DNA of 64,000 nt from the NCBI GenBank assembly GCA_038321985.1, contig JBBQFN010000009.1:64001-128000 (forward strand), given 5' to 3'. The notes beneath the pieces are model-generated. The model had not been told where the DNA came from, did no database searches, and was given only the letters and a program-made list of their open reading frames with translations. The translations under genes and the position numbers were made by a program. Shown here piece after piece: positions 1-10,091 of the stretch. This DNA comes from Cyanophyceae cyanobacterium. Lineage in GTDB: Bacteria; Cyanobacteriota; Cyanobacteriia; Cyanobacteriales; Laspinemataceae. How positions within the stretch are numbered: position 1 is the stretch's first letter; every line of letters begins with the position of its first letter.

Positions 1-93
1 TCCAGGCGATCGCCCGGAGTCAGGGAGATGGGGGAGAAATTTGACATACATCCCTGGCGATAAACAGCGGTTGTGGCTGTGCTATACTCGCAA

Positions 94-795
94 TTAATCG
101 ATTTGACCTTGATGTTCACATCTATAATCGTTCCCTTCCCATTGCGCCATATCTAATTCACTCAGGCGTTGCACCCGATCGCATTCGGGGGAATAAATGG
201 GAGAGATGAGTACCCAAATTACACTTCGGATGACATCTAGTGCGGTTTTTAGCCAGAATTCTTGATTGCCGGGGATACCTTCTTCCTCTACCGTGTCGAT
301 TTCTACAGCAATTCCTTTCGCCCCTAGGAGAATCTGTGCTAGCCACTTGGCGCGAGGGAGATGACTATCGGAGGTGATGACTTTGACTTTCTTTACCTGC
401 GACTGTTTTAAAAGTTCAGCATTAAAAGTGAAGTTGCTAAAGGTAGAGGAAGCGCAACGTTCTAACCAAACGTTGCGCTTGCTGGCGCGATCGCGCTCAA
501 AAATTAACCACACGCAAGGAGGGTCAGCCCCTTGGGAAATGAAAATGGGAATCTCTGGATTTTGTTTGGCAAATTGGGTAACATACATTTCTCGCTTGAT
601 ACTGCCACCTAGGACTAAAATAGCATCCACGGACCCAGCGGCAGCAGATTCTAAGCGGGTCATCTGGACAACCGCTAATCCGCCTAGGATTAAAGAAAAA
701 ATTAAAGTAACTCCCGTGATAATTTTCTTTTTTCTCCCGGCGCTGCTATTCCCTAATTGGTGCGAATTTTGTTGGGGACGACTTCTTTGCTTCAT
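94..795 (-). CDS. YdcF/DUF218 family protein
   Basis: N-terminal TM segment; DAILVLGG, E-x-x-A-S-S-T-F-S-N and ITSDSHLPRA motifs typical of DUF218. Confidence 0.85.
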   Translation of the reverse strand: MKQRSRPQQNSHQLGNSSAGRKKKIITGVTLIFSLILGGLAVVQMTRLESAAAGSVDAILVLGGSIKREMYVTQFAKQNPEIPIFISQGADPPCVWLIFERDRASKRNVWLERCASSTFSNFTFNAELLKQSQVKKVKVITSDSHLPRAKWLAQILLGAKGIAVEIDTVEEEGIPGNQEFWLKTALDVIRSVIWVLISPIYSPECDRVQRLSELDMAQWEGNDYRCEHQGQID

Positions 796-1643
796 TGCGA
801 TCGCCCAGAGGTATCGGGTCGCACAAAAATCACTTGCCCTTGTTCGGTGATTTGCTTTTCTGCACCGAGATTGAGCATTTCTTGTTCGGCTCGTTGTTTG
901 ACAGATTCACTGATACCATTTTGATACACCTCATTCCAGGACCATAAGCGAACTGCGGTACTGTCAGGTTGGGTTCTCAAAAAGTCAGCGGCACCTTGAT
1001 AGAGTTCGGCGTAGTCTTCATAAGGGGTGCCGATAGTCCATTGGGCCGCCATTTCATGGGAGTGAATGCTGCCGGGAAGGTCCCCGAGTAATAGCAGTTG
1101 ATCCAGTCCTTTAAATCGCCACACTAAAAAGGCTTGAGGATTGATTTCCGGGGACAAGGCAGCCAGACCCCGTTCCATTAATTGGAGGCCCATTTCCGGT
1201 TCCCCTTGGGCGAAGGAAACGGCGGTGGAAATAAAGGGATACATTTCGGCAAAGCGCGGATCCAGGCTGGTAATGACGTCGAAGTAGTCGTTATTCAAAG
1301 AATAGCCGATTTGATTTCGGACCTCTTCATCGCCAAAATATTGCACCCATTTCAAGAAGGCATAGTTAGCCATCAGGTTATCGAAACCTAGGGTCGGCGA
1401 TCGCTTCAGCATTTGTACTTCGATGGCTTCCTGTTGTTCAGCTTGTCTGGGGTCGAGTTCTTCTAGGCTGGGTTTTCCCAAGCGCGTCTGCTGCATCACA
1501 ACGGCACCAACAAGGGCAACAATGGCGATCGCCACAGTCCCCCACTCTCCCCACCCTCGCGAGGTAACGGTTTGTACTTTAGAATCCACTACACCCTTCT
1601 CCTGTCTTATTCTTTCGGGTTCAAAGCAACCCCTGCCGTTCAT
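792..1643 (-). CDS. Hypothetical membrane-anchored protein (start codon uncertain)
   Basis: 283 aa ORF with one hydrophobic segment near the N-terminus; stop overlaps the next start (ATGA at 792-795), implying translational coupling. Confidence 0.7.
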   Translation of the reverse strand: MNGRGCFEPERIRQEKGVVDSKVQTVTSRGWGEWGTVAIAIVALVGAVVMQQTRLGKPSLEELDPRQAEQQEAIEVQMLKRSPTLGFDNLMANYAFLKWVQYFGDEEVRNQIGYSLNNDYFDVITSLDPRFAEMYPFISTAVSFAQGEPEMGLQLMERGLAALSPEINPQAFLVWRFKGLDQLLLLGDLPGSIHSHEMAAQWTIGTPYEDYAELYQGAADFLRTQPDSTAVRLWSWNEVYQNGISESVKQRAEQEMLNLGAEKQITEQGQVIFVRPDTSGRSQ

Positions 1644-2267
1644 CCAAGCCCCTAGAATTTACTCAATCTCGTTCTGATTGCGTAAGTCCTGAGACAGTCC
1701 TCCAACTCTCTAGGGGAGTTCCCTCTCTCTGGGGGAGTACCTGCCGAGGCAATTTCAAGTAGGCTCCACCCGTTACAGGTTTACAACATTTATAGATTAG
1801 CTTAAAAATATTGCATCGGAACATACTGCGCTTGAGAAATATTTTAGCTACACTAGAGAGAATCTCAATTAAATGATCCTTGTGTCAACATCCATTCAGC
1901 GATTCCAGGGACCCTCACTTGCCCAGTCATCCGGAAACCCTTTCCGTTTTCGTGAATTCACTGCTAGTCAGGCGATTAAAGACACTCACCCCATTGTCAC
2001 CAAACTTTATAAGTAGAGGAGTTAAAGGGCCACAAACGTCTCCACCACAAACGGGAGCAGGTTTTGGAAGCCGATGAAAAAAACTCTCTCCCTGGGAAGA
2101 GTCCCCCCTTATGGGGAAGATGACGATGACTAAGAAAGGAGCGAATATAAATTCATAAATTTGAAGAATTGAAGGTCTAAAGAATCAATTTTAAGACCAT
2201 TGATTCTCCCGATAAAATTCTCCAACAAATCGTCCCTATTCGTTAAATCCCTAATCCCCAAACTTAC

Positions 2268-3563
2268 ATGAATCAATACTCAAAACGCAACTCCTTGCTG
2301 CAAATTGCCCTATTTGGTGGGGCATTTGCCACCACTGCCGCCCTGACTTTATTAACACCACTGGGTTCTCGCGCAGTGCGGGCGCAACTTCAAAATAGTC
2401 CGAAAGCGATTGTGGATGAAGTGTGGCAAATCGTGAATCGGGATTATGTGGATGGCTCATTTAATCAAATTAATTGGGAAGCCACGCGCACGGAGTTGTT
2501 AAGTCAGGAATATTCCTCTCCGGAGCAAGCTTACGCCGCAGTAAGGGTGGCTTTAGGTAAATTAAATGACCCCTATACGCGATTTTTAGACCCGGAACAG
2601 TTTGAGGAGTTGACCACTCAAACTTCTGGAGAAATGTCTGGGGTAGGGATGCGCCTGGAACTCAATGCGGATACCCAAAAGATTACCGTGGTTGAACCGA
2701 TGGCGAATTCCCCGGCGAAGAAAGCGGGGCTCCAATCGGGGGACCAAATTGTGCAGATTGACGATCGCCCCACGGAAGGGATGAAAGTCGAAGAAGCAGC
2801 CCAATTGATTCGGGGAAATGTAGGAACTGAAGTGAGCTTGCGAGTATATCGAGCAACTCAAGGTGAATTTGAAGTCACCTTAAAACGTGCGGTGATCGAA
2901 CTGCAAGCGGTTCAATATGATATTCGTCAAGAAGGCGGAACCAATGTCGGATACATTCAGTTATCCGAGTTTAGTTCCCATGCTTCCGAGCAAATGCGTC
3001 AGGCAATTGGGGAACTGAGCGATCGCGGAGTGGATGCCTTTGTCCTGGATTTACGAGGCAATCCTGGAGGTTTACTCTACGCAAGTATTGATATTGCTCG
3101 GATGTGGTTAGATAGCGGGGAAATTGTCCGCACTGTGGATCGCAATGGAGGCAGTCAAGATTTCCGCGCCAATCGTTCGGCGATCGCCCAGCAACCCTTA
3201 GCGGTTTTAGTCGATAAAAACTCTGCCAGTGCCAGTGAAATCTTATCCGGTGCACTCAAAGATAACCGCCGCGCCACCATTATTGGCACCCCCACCTTTG
3301 GCAAGGCGTTGGTGCAGTCGGTGCACTCCCTCTCCGATGGATCCGGGTTAACGGTGACGATCGCCCATTATTACACCCCCAACGGCACCGATATCTCCCA
3401 CCTGGGCATCACCCCGGATATCGCCATTGATTTGAGTAATGAGGACAAACGCCGTTTAGCGGCTAATCCCCAACTGCGAGGCACTTCCGAGGACCCCTGC
3501 TATGCTCGCGCGGTTGCTTCGTTGCTGGCACAAGTCCAACAAAAACCGTTAGCAATTCAGTAA
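2268..3563 (+). CDS. Carboxyl-terminal processing protease (S41, CtpA/CtpB-like) with PDZ domain
   Basis: DPYTRFL, GVGMRL (PDZ), LDLRGNPGG, SASASEI (catalytic Ser), TFGKALVQ (catalytic Lys). Confidence 0.92.
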   Translation: MNQYSKRNSLLQIALFGGAFATTAALTLLTPLGSRAVRAQLQNSPKAIVDEVWQIVNRDYVDGSFNQINWEATRTELLSQEYSSPEQAYAAVRVALGKLNDPYTRFLDPEQFEELTTQTSGEMSGVGMRLELNADTQKITVVEPMANSPAKKAGLQSGDQIVQIDDRPTEGMKVEEAAQLIRGNVGTEVSLRVYRATQGEFEVTLKRAVIELQAVQYDIRQEGGTNVGYIQLSEFSSHASEQMRQAIGELSDRGVDAFVLDLRGNPGGLLYASIDIARMWLDSGEIVRTVDRNGGSQDFRANRSAIAQQPLAVLVDKNSASASEILSGALKDNRRATIIGTPTFGKALVQSVHSLSDGSGLTVTIAHYYTPNGTDISHLGITPDIAIDLSNEDKRRLAANPQLRGTSEDPCYARAVASLLAQVQQKPLAIQ

Positions 3564-3613
3564 CCTCGATCATCGAGCTCATAATTGGCTGACGAAATTC
3601 ATTCTTTAATCAG

Positions 3614-3651
3614 AAGAGGGACGCAAATTACTAATAATTTGCGTCCCTCTT
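3614..3651. terminator. Perfect 17-bp stem hairpin between convergent genes; probable bidirectional terminator
   Basis: AAGAGGGACGCAAATTA-ctaa-TAATTTGCGTCCCTCTT. Confidence 0.8.
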
Positions 3652-3663
3652 TCTTGAGAGCCA

Positions 3664-6366
3664 TCAATCCAAAAACATGATATGATCTGCGGTTAAATTG
3701 CCGATTCCTAAATTGACACGAGCGATCGCGCCTGATGTAAAATCTCCATCATCATCGATATACAGTTTTCCCGTATTTGTTGCATAGGCAATCTGAGCAC
3801 TACTGCCGGTGACTGCTAAAATATTAGCCTCGGTATCGATGATCAGATTCTCGGTCCCATCGAGCAAGGACGCCTTAGCGATCGAGACGGCGGTTCCTCC
3901 TGCTACACCGGAAAGGTTCTGAGTCAACGCGATCGCATCTCCCGGTGCCCCAAAGGAAAAGTCTGTAATGCGATCGCTGGAAGTTCCCGGGGAATTCGCC
4001 GTCGCATACACAAAGATATCTTGACCCTTTCCACCTGTGAGGGTATCCATCTCATCCCCCGGGAACAACAGATCATTCGCATCCGTTCCTTCCAATCTGT
4101 CAGCAGTGATAGAACCCGTAATGATATTAATTTGGGTTTGATTATCCATGCTTGCTATTGCGGGATTCTCTCCTGCCATCAACCGGATTTCCTCGGGAGT
4201 ATTACTAAAGCTGTTGTTATCAAGGAACGCATTTGTCACCTCTGATTCAACCACTATCCCAATCGCTGCATCCTCGATCGCATTATTCGTAAGCGTGACA
4301 TTCTCGGAATTAGAAAGCAGCGTAATCCCACTCCCCTCGCGATTCGAGGTGACTGCTAAATTGGATAAATTAGTATTCTCCCCCAATTTCACCTGATTTT
4401 CTTCAATCTCAGACTCCGACAGAGCACCCCAAATTCCAAAATCTACCCCATCGAGGGTGTTATTGCGAACGATCGCACTTATGGGAGAATCAAACAGTCC
4501 CAAGACAATGCCGCCACTGCCTTGGATCAAATTATTCTCCACCGTTGCACTAGCAGCAGCCTCCAAATTGATTCCATCAATGGCATCTAAAACGCGAACA
4601 TTCTCAATGACGATATCCTCGATCGCCGTGCCATTATTCCCTTCCACTGCGAGAATATCCCCATTCGTCTCAATGCCGTCAAGGGTAACCCCACTGGCGA
4701 GAATCCGAATGCTAGTTCCACCTGCTTCAGTGGAAATAACCGTCTCATTGGTGCCCCGACTACTTTCGTTCCCCGACACTCCGCTATGAAACCCTTTGAG
4801 GGTCAACGCTTTATCAATTTCCAGGACTTCCGAATAGGTTCCGGCACTGATCACGATTGTATCTCGCTCATTTGCTTGGGCGATCGCCGTTTGAATTGAT
4901 GTATAAATTCGGTAGATTTCCAGAGTCTCTGTATTCGTCTGTGAGTCGCTCACTTGAATTTCAAGCTCGAAATAATCGCGGCTGGTCAAGTTTCCGGTGT
5001 CGGTTAGTAAAATCTCACCTGTTTCTGGATCAAGTTCAAATAGCTCAGATACCGACTCCCCCTCACTATCAATAACATCCAGCAGTTCATACTCGGCATC
5101 GGGGGAATTTTCTTCTGTGGAAATCACCGCGATCGCTCCTAATGGCGTCGTTTCATTCGCCACGAAAACTTGACTGGGCGCGGGCGGCAAGGGATTGCCC
5201 GGAGGACCCGCCATCACCGGGGGACTATCCGGAGGTGGCTCAATAAACGCGCTGCGAGTCACTTCCAATTCAATATTTCTCACATTCCACAAGACCCCTA
5301 AATACTCCCCAGTCCGCTTGTCTTGAATGATTGTATTCCCGGCATTTTCCCCGCTTCCCTCTAAAAAGTTTAACTGCTCAAACCGCAGTCCATTAATGAG
5401 TTCAATCTCATCTTCGCCCAAGACGAAATCAGTAATAATATTTGCTTCTGTTTCAATGAAACTCCCGGTTCCCCGTTCCAGGATAAAGCGATCGCGCCCG
5501 TCTCCTCCACTTAATGTATCCCTCCCAAAACCAACGAGTAAAATATCATTTCCCCCTCCCCCGGAGAAGAAATTATTTCCCTCTTCTCCATACAAGGTAT
5601 CATCTCCCTCTCCTCCATATAGACTATCATCCCCTGCATTTCCATTTAACCAATTGTTTCCCTCATCTGCGACTAGGCGATCGTTATCCTCTCCACCGTA
5701 AAGGGTATCGTTCCCTCCCCTTCCAAACAGCAGATCATTGCCTTTGTCGCCAAAAATAAGGTCGTTGCCGTCGCCCCCAAAAACCGTATCATCATCTTGT
5801 CCACCATAGAGGGTATCATCTCCCCCGTTGCCCACTAAGAGGTCATTACCCTGATTTCCGAATAACAGATTATTCCCTGCCTCGGCATAAAGGGTGTCGT
5901 TCCCTTCGTTGCCAAAGAGGGCGTCATTTCCTTTATCGCCAAAGAGCAAATCATCCCCTTCATTGCCAAAGAGGAGATCATTATCTTGTCCACCATAAAG
6001 GGTATCGTCCCCCGATGTCCCTATTAACCAGTCGTTGCCCTGATTTCCGAATAGGATATTGTTTCCGGCGACGCCATAGAGAGTATCGTTCCCTTCATTG
6101 CCATAAAGGACGTCATTTCCTCCGTTGCCCAATACAAGGTCATTGCCGGTGTTACCAAAGAGGCTATCATTATCCGGTCCTCCAAACAGGCTATCATTGC
6201 CCTGAACCCCGATAATGTAGTTTTTTGAGCCTGGGTTGCCTTGAATAACATCATCACCGGGAGTTCCCACGATCGTATCATCGCCCTCTTGCCCGAGTAG
6301 AGTGTCGGCCTGAGTGGATAAACCGTTTATTGTAGTGTTAGTATCAGTGCCAGAAATGTCTGCCAT
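3664..6366 (-). CDS. RTX-type Ca-binding secreted protein with a cadherin-like segment and a parallel beta-helix region
   Basis: Many GGxGxDxLx nonapeptides at the N-terminus; ITDF motifs; FELDPETGEILL and LEIQVSD (cadherin-like); SIQTAIAQA...GTYSE followed by Asn-rich beta-helix repeats; second RTX block at the C-terminus. Confidence 0.85.
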   Translation of the reverse strand: MADISGTDTNTTINGLSTQADTLLGQEGDDTIVGTPGDDVIQGNPGSKNYIIGVQGNDSLFGGPDNDSLFGNTGNDLVLGNGGNDVLYGNEGNDTLYGVAGNNILFGNQGNDWLIGTSGDDTLYGGQDNDLLFGNEGDDLLFGDKGNDALFGNEGNDTLYAEAGNNLLFGNQGNDLLVGNGGDDTLYGGQDDDTVFGGDGNDLIFGDKGNDLLFGRGGNDTLYGGEDNDRLVADEGNNWLNGNAGDDSLYGGEGDDTLYGEEGNNFFSGGGGNDILLVGFGRDTLSGGDGRDRFILERGTGSFIETEANIITDFVLGEDEIELINGLRFEQLNFLEGSGENAGNTIIQDKRTGEYLGVLWNVRNIELEVTRSAFIEPPPDSPPVMAGPPGNPLPPAPSQVFVANETTPLGAIAVISTEENSPDAEYELLDVIDSEGESVSELFELDPETGEILLTDTGNLTSRDYFELEIQVSDSQTNTETLEIYRIYTSIQTAIAQANERDTIVISAGTYSEVLEIDKALTLKGFHSGVSGNESSRGTNETVISTEAGGTSIRILASGVTLDGIETNGDILAVEGNNGTAIEDIVIENVRVLDAIDGINLEAAASATVENNLIQGSGGIVLGLFDSPISAIVRNNTLDGVDFGIWGALSESEIEENQVKLGENTNLSNLAVTSNREGSGITLLSNSENVTLTNNAIEDAAIGIVVESEVTNAFLDNNSFSNTPEEIRLMAGENPAIASMDNQTQINIITGSITADRLEGTDANDLLFPGDEMDTLTGGKGQDIFVYATANSPGTSSDRITDFSFGAPGDAIALTQNLSGVAGGTAVSIAKASLLDGTENLIIDTEANILAVTGSSAQIAYATNTGKLYIDDDGDFTSGAIARVNLGIGNLTADHIMFLD

Positions 6367-6983
6367 TTTTTCCCTCCTGTAGTAACGGATGATTAACGGG
6401 GCGCTTGTCCCAGCCTGGATCCTTTTTAATAAGTAATTATACGGTATCTATCAGTAAAAATACGGCGAACAAGCCCACCATTTTTGTATAACGTCTTGGG
6501 GAAACTACCTAAAATCCTAAAATTTGACCGAGAAACCCTCCCGACGACTGAGATGGGGCCACCAAGCAACCCATTTAAGGGTGCGGCAAGCCGGATCACA
6601 CCCCCATGAGAAGGGCTAACTTAAAAATAGGGGTTTCAAAACCCGATTCTGGATCAATCCCATTAGGGTTATGATGGCCTAGGTTGATTCCGGTTTAACT
6701 CTACCGGCTGGGGTGTTTAAGGGCTAAAATTTTAAGCTAAAAAAATGCCCTGAGAGCATTGACATTTTTTTATTTTTATGATAAGAAATACTTTAATTAA
6801 GGCTTGATTCAATTGCGAACCGCGTCTTTTTTAGGTTGCTCCTGGCTTTGTTTTTTCCTGAAAAGAGGGTTGCGAGTTGCGGGGTGAGTAGAGAAGGAAA
6901 CGGGCAGGGAAAGGGAAATAGGGGTGGTTTTTGTGGCGGGTTAGGAGGGTTAAATCTGGACCAATAACCGGATGGCGACAGCT

Positions 6984-7496
6984 TTAGTTTTTCCCCGATT
7001 TCATCTGTTGAGTGAGGTGAATTAGTTCGGGTAAAATCAGGTGTTGTAGGGCGAGTTTTACCGCCGCTGTTGAACCGGGTATTGAGAAAATCAATTTAGA
7101 CTGATAAAGGCCAGCGATCGCCCGAGAGCCGATCGCTCGCGACCCGATTTCTTGATAGCTTAAGGCGCGAAAAATTTCGCCAAAACCGGGTAAAGTTTTC
7201 TCTAATAAAAGGGCGATCGCATCATAAGTTGTATCCCTTGGCGCAATCCCGGTTCCCCCATTAAAAATTACCGCTTCCAACTCTGAAAGCTGACCTAGCG
7301 ATTTTAAATGCGCCTGAATCTGCGCCGGTTCATCTTGAAGAAGAGTATAATCAATCACTGCATGACCGTCAGTGAGGAGTAACTCTTGAATCAATTGGCC
7401 GCTGCGGTCAGTTTCTGGGGAGCGCGTATCGCTAATGGTAACGACAGCGCACTTGACGGTAAGGGTTTGGGGGTCGGGATGAGGGATTTTTGTCAT
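6984..7496 (-). CDS. moaB: MogA/MoaB family molybdenum cofactor biosynthesis protein
   Basis: TISD...DRSG, NGGTGIAPRDTT, PGFGEIFR, SIPGS motifs. Confidence 0.88.
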   Translation of the reverse strand: MTKIPHPDPQTLTVKCAVVTISDTRSPETDRSGQLIQELLLTDGHAVIDYTLLQDEPAQIQAHLKSLGQLSELEAVIFNGGTGIAPRDTTYDAIALLLEKTLPGFGEIFRALSYQEIGSRAIGSRAIAGLYQSKLIFSIPGSTAAVKLALQHLILPELIHLTQQMKSGKN

Positions 7497-7542
7497 AAAA
7501 ACTAAATGCGATCGCCGCTGAGTCTAAACAATTATCCAAGGG

Positions 7543-7878
7543 TTACGCTTTGCTAAACCCTAAACCATTCTCCTCGGCGTAGCGTTCCATAAATCGCATA
7601 AAACGGTCCCAATCCGCCTGGGATTTCATGACATGGGTTGCCTCGATGCCGTCTGCTTGTCCATTGACGAATTTACCTTTGACATCCCGGCAGGTAATTT
7701 CCCCTTCTTCATCGATCAAGTACATCCCGGTAATTTCTTCGGTGCTGTCCTTGTCAAGAATCGTAGGATTTTGGAAGTAAAACTTTGCGGTACCCTGATT
7801 GCCATCTTTAGAACGAGTCAAGCGCACATCTGGGACCACATCTTCCTTGATGCCTCGGGAAAACTGAATTTCAGTCAT
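7543..7878 (-). CDS. psb28: Photosystem II assembly protein Psb28
   Basis: IQFSRGI...[30 protein letters not shown]. Confidence 0.95.
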   Translation of the reverse strand: MTEIQFSRGIKEDVVPDVRLTRSKDGNQGTAKFYFQNPTILDKDSTEEITGMYLIDEEGEITCRDVKGKFVNGQADGIEATHVMKSQADWDRFMRFMERYAEENGLGFSKA

Positions 7879-7932
7879 GTTCTTGTAAAGTTTTATAAAC
7901 GACTCTGGGAATTATTCTCTCATCTTTGGACC

Positions 7933-9000
7933 TTATTTAAGCTCGGGATGTGCTGATTCTACGGAACCCGAATCGCCGAGGGTGTTAATTCGGCGAATCA
8001 GTTCATACATCCTTCCGGCATCCCGACGGTTAAAGAAGAAAATCAGGCGAGGAAGTTCAAAGGTATCATCCCCTGTTTCTTCCGGTAAGCCCTGACTTTT
8101 TTCGATGATGCCTTGGATTAGGATATCGCTAAACTCTTCATTGAGTAAGCCTACTGCATCGTCTGAGAGTGGGGTTTTTAGGCGAATCACGAAGCGATCG
8201 CCCACATAGCGGCTGGAGTGATACACGCGATAGAAACTGCGAATCGCTTCACAGGCGACTTCGACATTATCGGTAATCGTGTAGATACTACAATCATGGG
8301 GACTGATTAATCCCCGGTGAAGCAGGTGCTTACGAATGTAGGCATCCCAATCTTTCCAATAGTCGCCTCCGGGACGGTCGATCAAGACCACAGGACAGGG
8401 ACCAAAACGGCCCGTTTGTCCCAGGGTCAAACATTCAAATGCCTCATCTTGAGTGCCGAATCCCCCGGGGAACAGGGCGATCGCATCACTTTCCCTCAGG
8501 AAAAATAACTTACGGGTAAAGAAGTATTTGAACTCGACTAAATTTACCGGCTCAATATGGGGATTGGCTTCTTGCTCAAACGGTAGTTGGATGTTTAACC
8601 CAAAGGAGTTAGCTTTCGTGGCTCCTTTATTGCCCGCTTCCATGATGCCACCCCCGGCACCCGTCATCACCATGAATCCTTGCTCGACTACAGCACGGCC
8701 GAAGGCTTCGGCAATCTGGTATTCGGGGGTATCAGGTTGGATTCGAGCCGAACCAAAAACCGTAATTTTGCGAATATGCCGATGGGGATGAAAGGCTTGA
8801 AAGGCGGCTTCCATATCGAGTAAAGCCGCACTCAGAATTTTCCAGTCCAGACGTTCAATATCCTCACCCGTCAGCCGAACGATGGTCGAGAGCGATCGCT
8901 CGATCCATTTTCTAAACTTGAGGTTCGGCAACTCATCAATGAGTTCATTAACCAGGGCCTGGAGGTGATCAAGAGAGTCAGAAGAGTAAAGGGAAGCCAT
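7933..9000 (-). CDS. LOG family (cytokinin riboside monophosphate phosphoribohydrolase-like) protein, long form
   Basis: VFGSAR, TGAGGGIMEA, YFFTRKLFF, PGGFGTQDE. Confidence 0.88.
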   Translation of the reverse strand: MASLYSSDSLDHLQALVNELIDELPNLKFRKWIERSLSTIVRLTGEDIERLDWKILSAALLDMEAAFQAFHPHRHIRKITVFGSARIQPDTPEYQIAEAFGRAVVEQGFMVMTGAGGGIMEAGNKGATKANSFGLNIQLPFEQEANPHIEPVNLVEFKYFFTRKLFFLRESDAIALFPGGFGTQDEAFECLTLGQTGRFGPCPVVLIDRPGGDYWKDWDAYIRKHLLHRGLISPHDCSIYTITDNVEVACEAIRSFYRVYHSSRYVGDRFVIRLKTPLSDDAVGLLNEEFSDILIQGIIEKSQGLPEETGDDTFELPRLIFFFNRRDAGRMYELIRRINTLGDSGSVESAHPELK

Positions 9001-9166
9001 AAATATGAGAAAGGCTGCACTTTGATTCTAACCAAAAGCGATCCCCAATGGCAGAAAAAGGGAGTAGGGTAGAGGTTTTTCCCTAGGACTTGCGCACAAT
9101 CCCCAAATTTAGGAGCAGACGGGAGGCCCCTTTCGTCCCCTTCCGGAGGTAGCGCAAAGGCCGGCT

Positions 9167-9204
9167 AAAAACTATAAACCCGCCCGAGCTCAAGCTAGGG
9201 CGGG
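9167..9204 (-). terminator. Intrinsic terminator downstream of trxA
   Basis: CCCGCCC...GGGCGGG stem followed by a T-rich tract on the minus strand. Confidence 0.65.
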
Positions 9205-9412
9205 ATAGAATTAGATCCGACAGACTTTACTCAGCGATCGCCAAGTGGATCCGGAGTGGGTCGATTTCAGGTCAAAGACAATTAAGAATCAGGACATAAA
9301 AATTAAAAGGTTCAATTTTTAGTATCCTAAATTCTCAATGTTCAATTTACAACATTTGGTTCTGAAATCTCCTCACAATCCGGTTAGTCAGGGAGTCTCG
9401 ATGGTGAGTCGA

Positions 9413-9742
9413 TTACTTTGCTATATATTTTTCTAAGGTATTTGCCAAAGTTGTCTTTGGTACTGCACCAACCACCATATCCACCCGTTGGCCGCCTTTG
9501 AAAATCATCAAAGTAGGAATGCTTCTGATTCCGTATTGGCTAGCAACGTTAGGGTTTTCGTCGGTATTGACTTTGACAACTTTAACTTGACCTTCGTACT
9601 GTTGGGCGATTTCATCGACAACAGGGGCTACCATTCGGCAAGGTCCGCACCACGGTGCCCAAAAATCGACGAGAACTGGAACCTCGCTATCCAGCACTTC
9701 TTGCTTAAAAGTAGAATCTGTAACCTGTGTGGCTGCTGACAT
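9413..9742 (-). CDS. trxA: Thioredoxin (m-type); start taken at MSAATQ
   Basis: WAPWCGPC active site; GIRSIPT; lies next to guaB and Yfr1. Confidence 0.95.
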   Translation of the reverse strand: MSAATQVTDSTFKQEVLDSEVPVLVDFWAPWCGPCRMVAPVVDEIAQQYEGQVKVVKVNTDENPNVASQYGIRSIPTLMIFKGGQRVDMVVGAVPKTTLANTLEKYIAK

Positions 9743-9940
9743 TGCCCTTGATTCCTTTTCTATAGGGTTTCTCAACGAGTAATTTTACCATCCCAGAAGC
9801 GATCGCCTGTTGTCGGACTTCTGGGCAAGAGGGTAGCACCGGGCTAAATCTCTTAATTAAGTCGATTCAGTGTAGGACGATTGGTTTGGATGTAGATTTT
9901 AGTTTAGTCTATTTTTGGCTTTAAACAAGTTGTTACTCAT

Positions 9941-10010
9941 AAAAAACCGCCCGAACAAAAGTCCGGGCGGAGTGTGGTGTGAGGAGTGAACGGAAACATG
10001 CGTCTCCGCT
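9941..10010 (-). ncRNA. yfr1: Yfr1 small regulatory RNA
   Basis: Minus strand reads 5' hairpin GCGGAGACGCATGTTTCCGT, then the conserved ACTCCTCACAC motif, then terminator CCGCCCGGAC-TTTT-GTTCGGGCGG-TTTTTT; sits between guaB and trxA as known for Yfr1. Confidence 0.93.
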
Positions 10011-10017
10011 ATATTCT

Positions 10018-10023
10018 ATTGTA
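10018..10023 (-). promoter_or_regulatory. -10 box (TACAAT) of yfr1
   Basis: TACAAT on the minus strand, 7 nt upstream of the inferred Yfr1 5' end. Confidence 0.7.
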
Positions 10024-10091
10024 AGCGACAGATTGCTCTGGTGGGGTAAAATTTGTGCAAAGTTTTACATCCAGATTCTAGACAAGTAGAT

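Noticed and set aside
5500..6300. Periodic DNA resembling an array
   Set aside because: Explained by RTX nonapeptide coding repeats; not CRISPR
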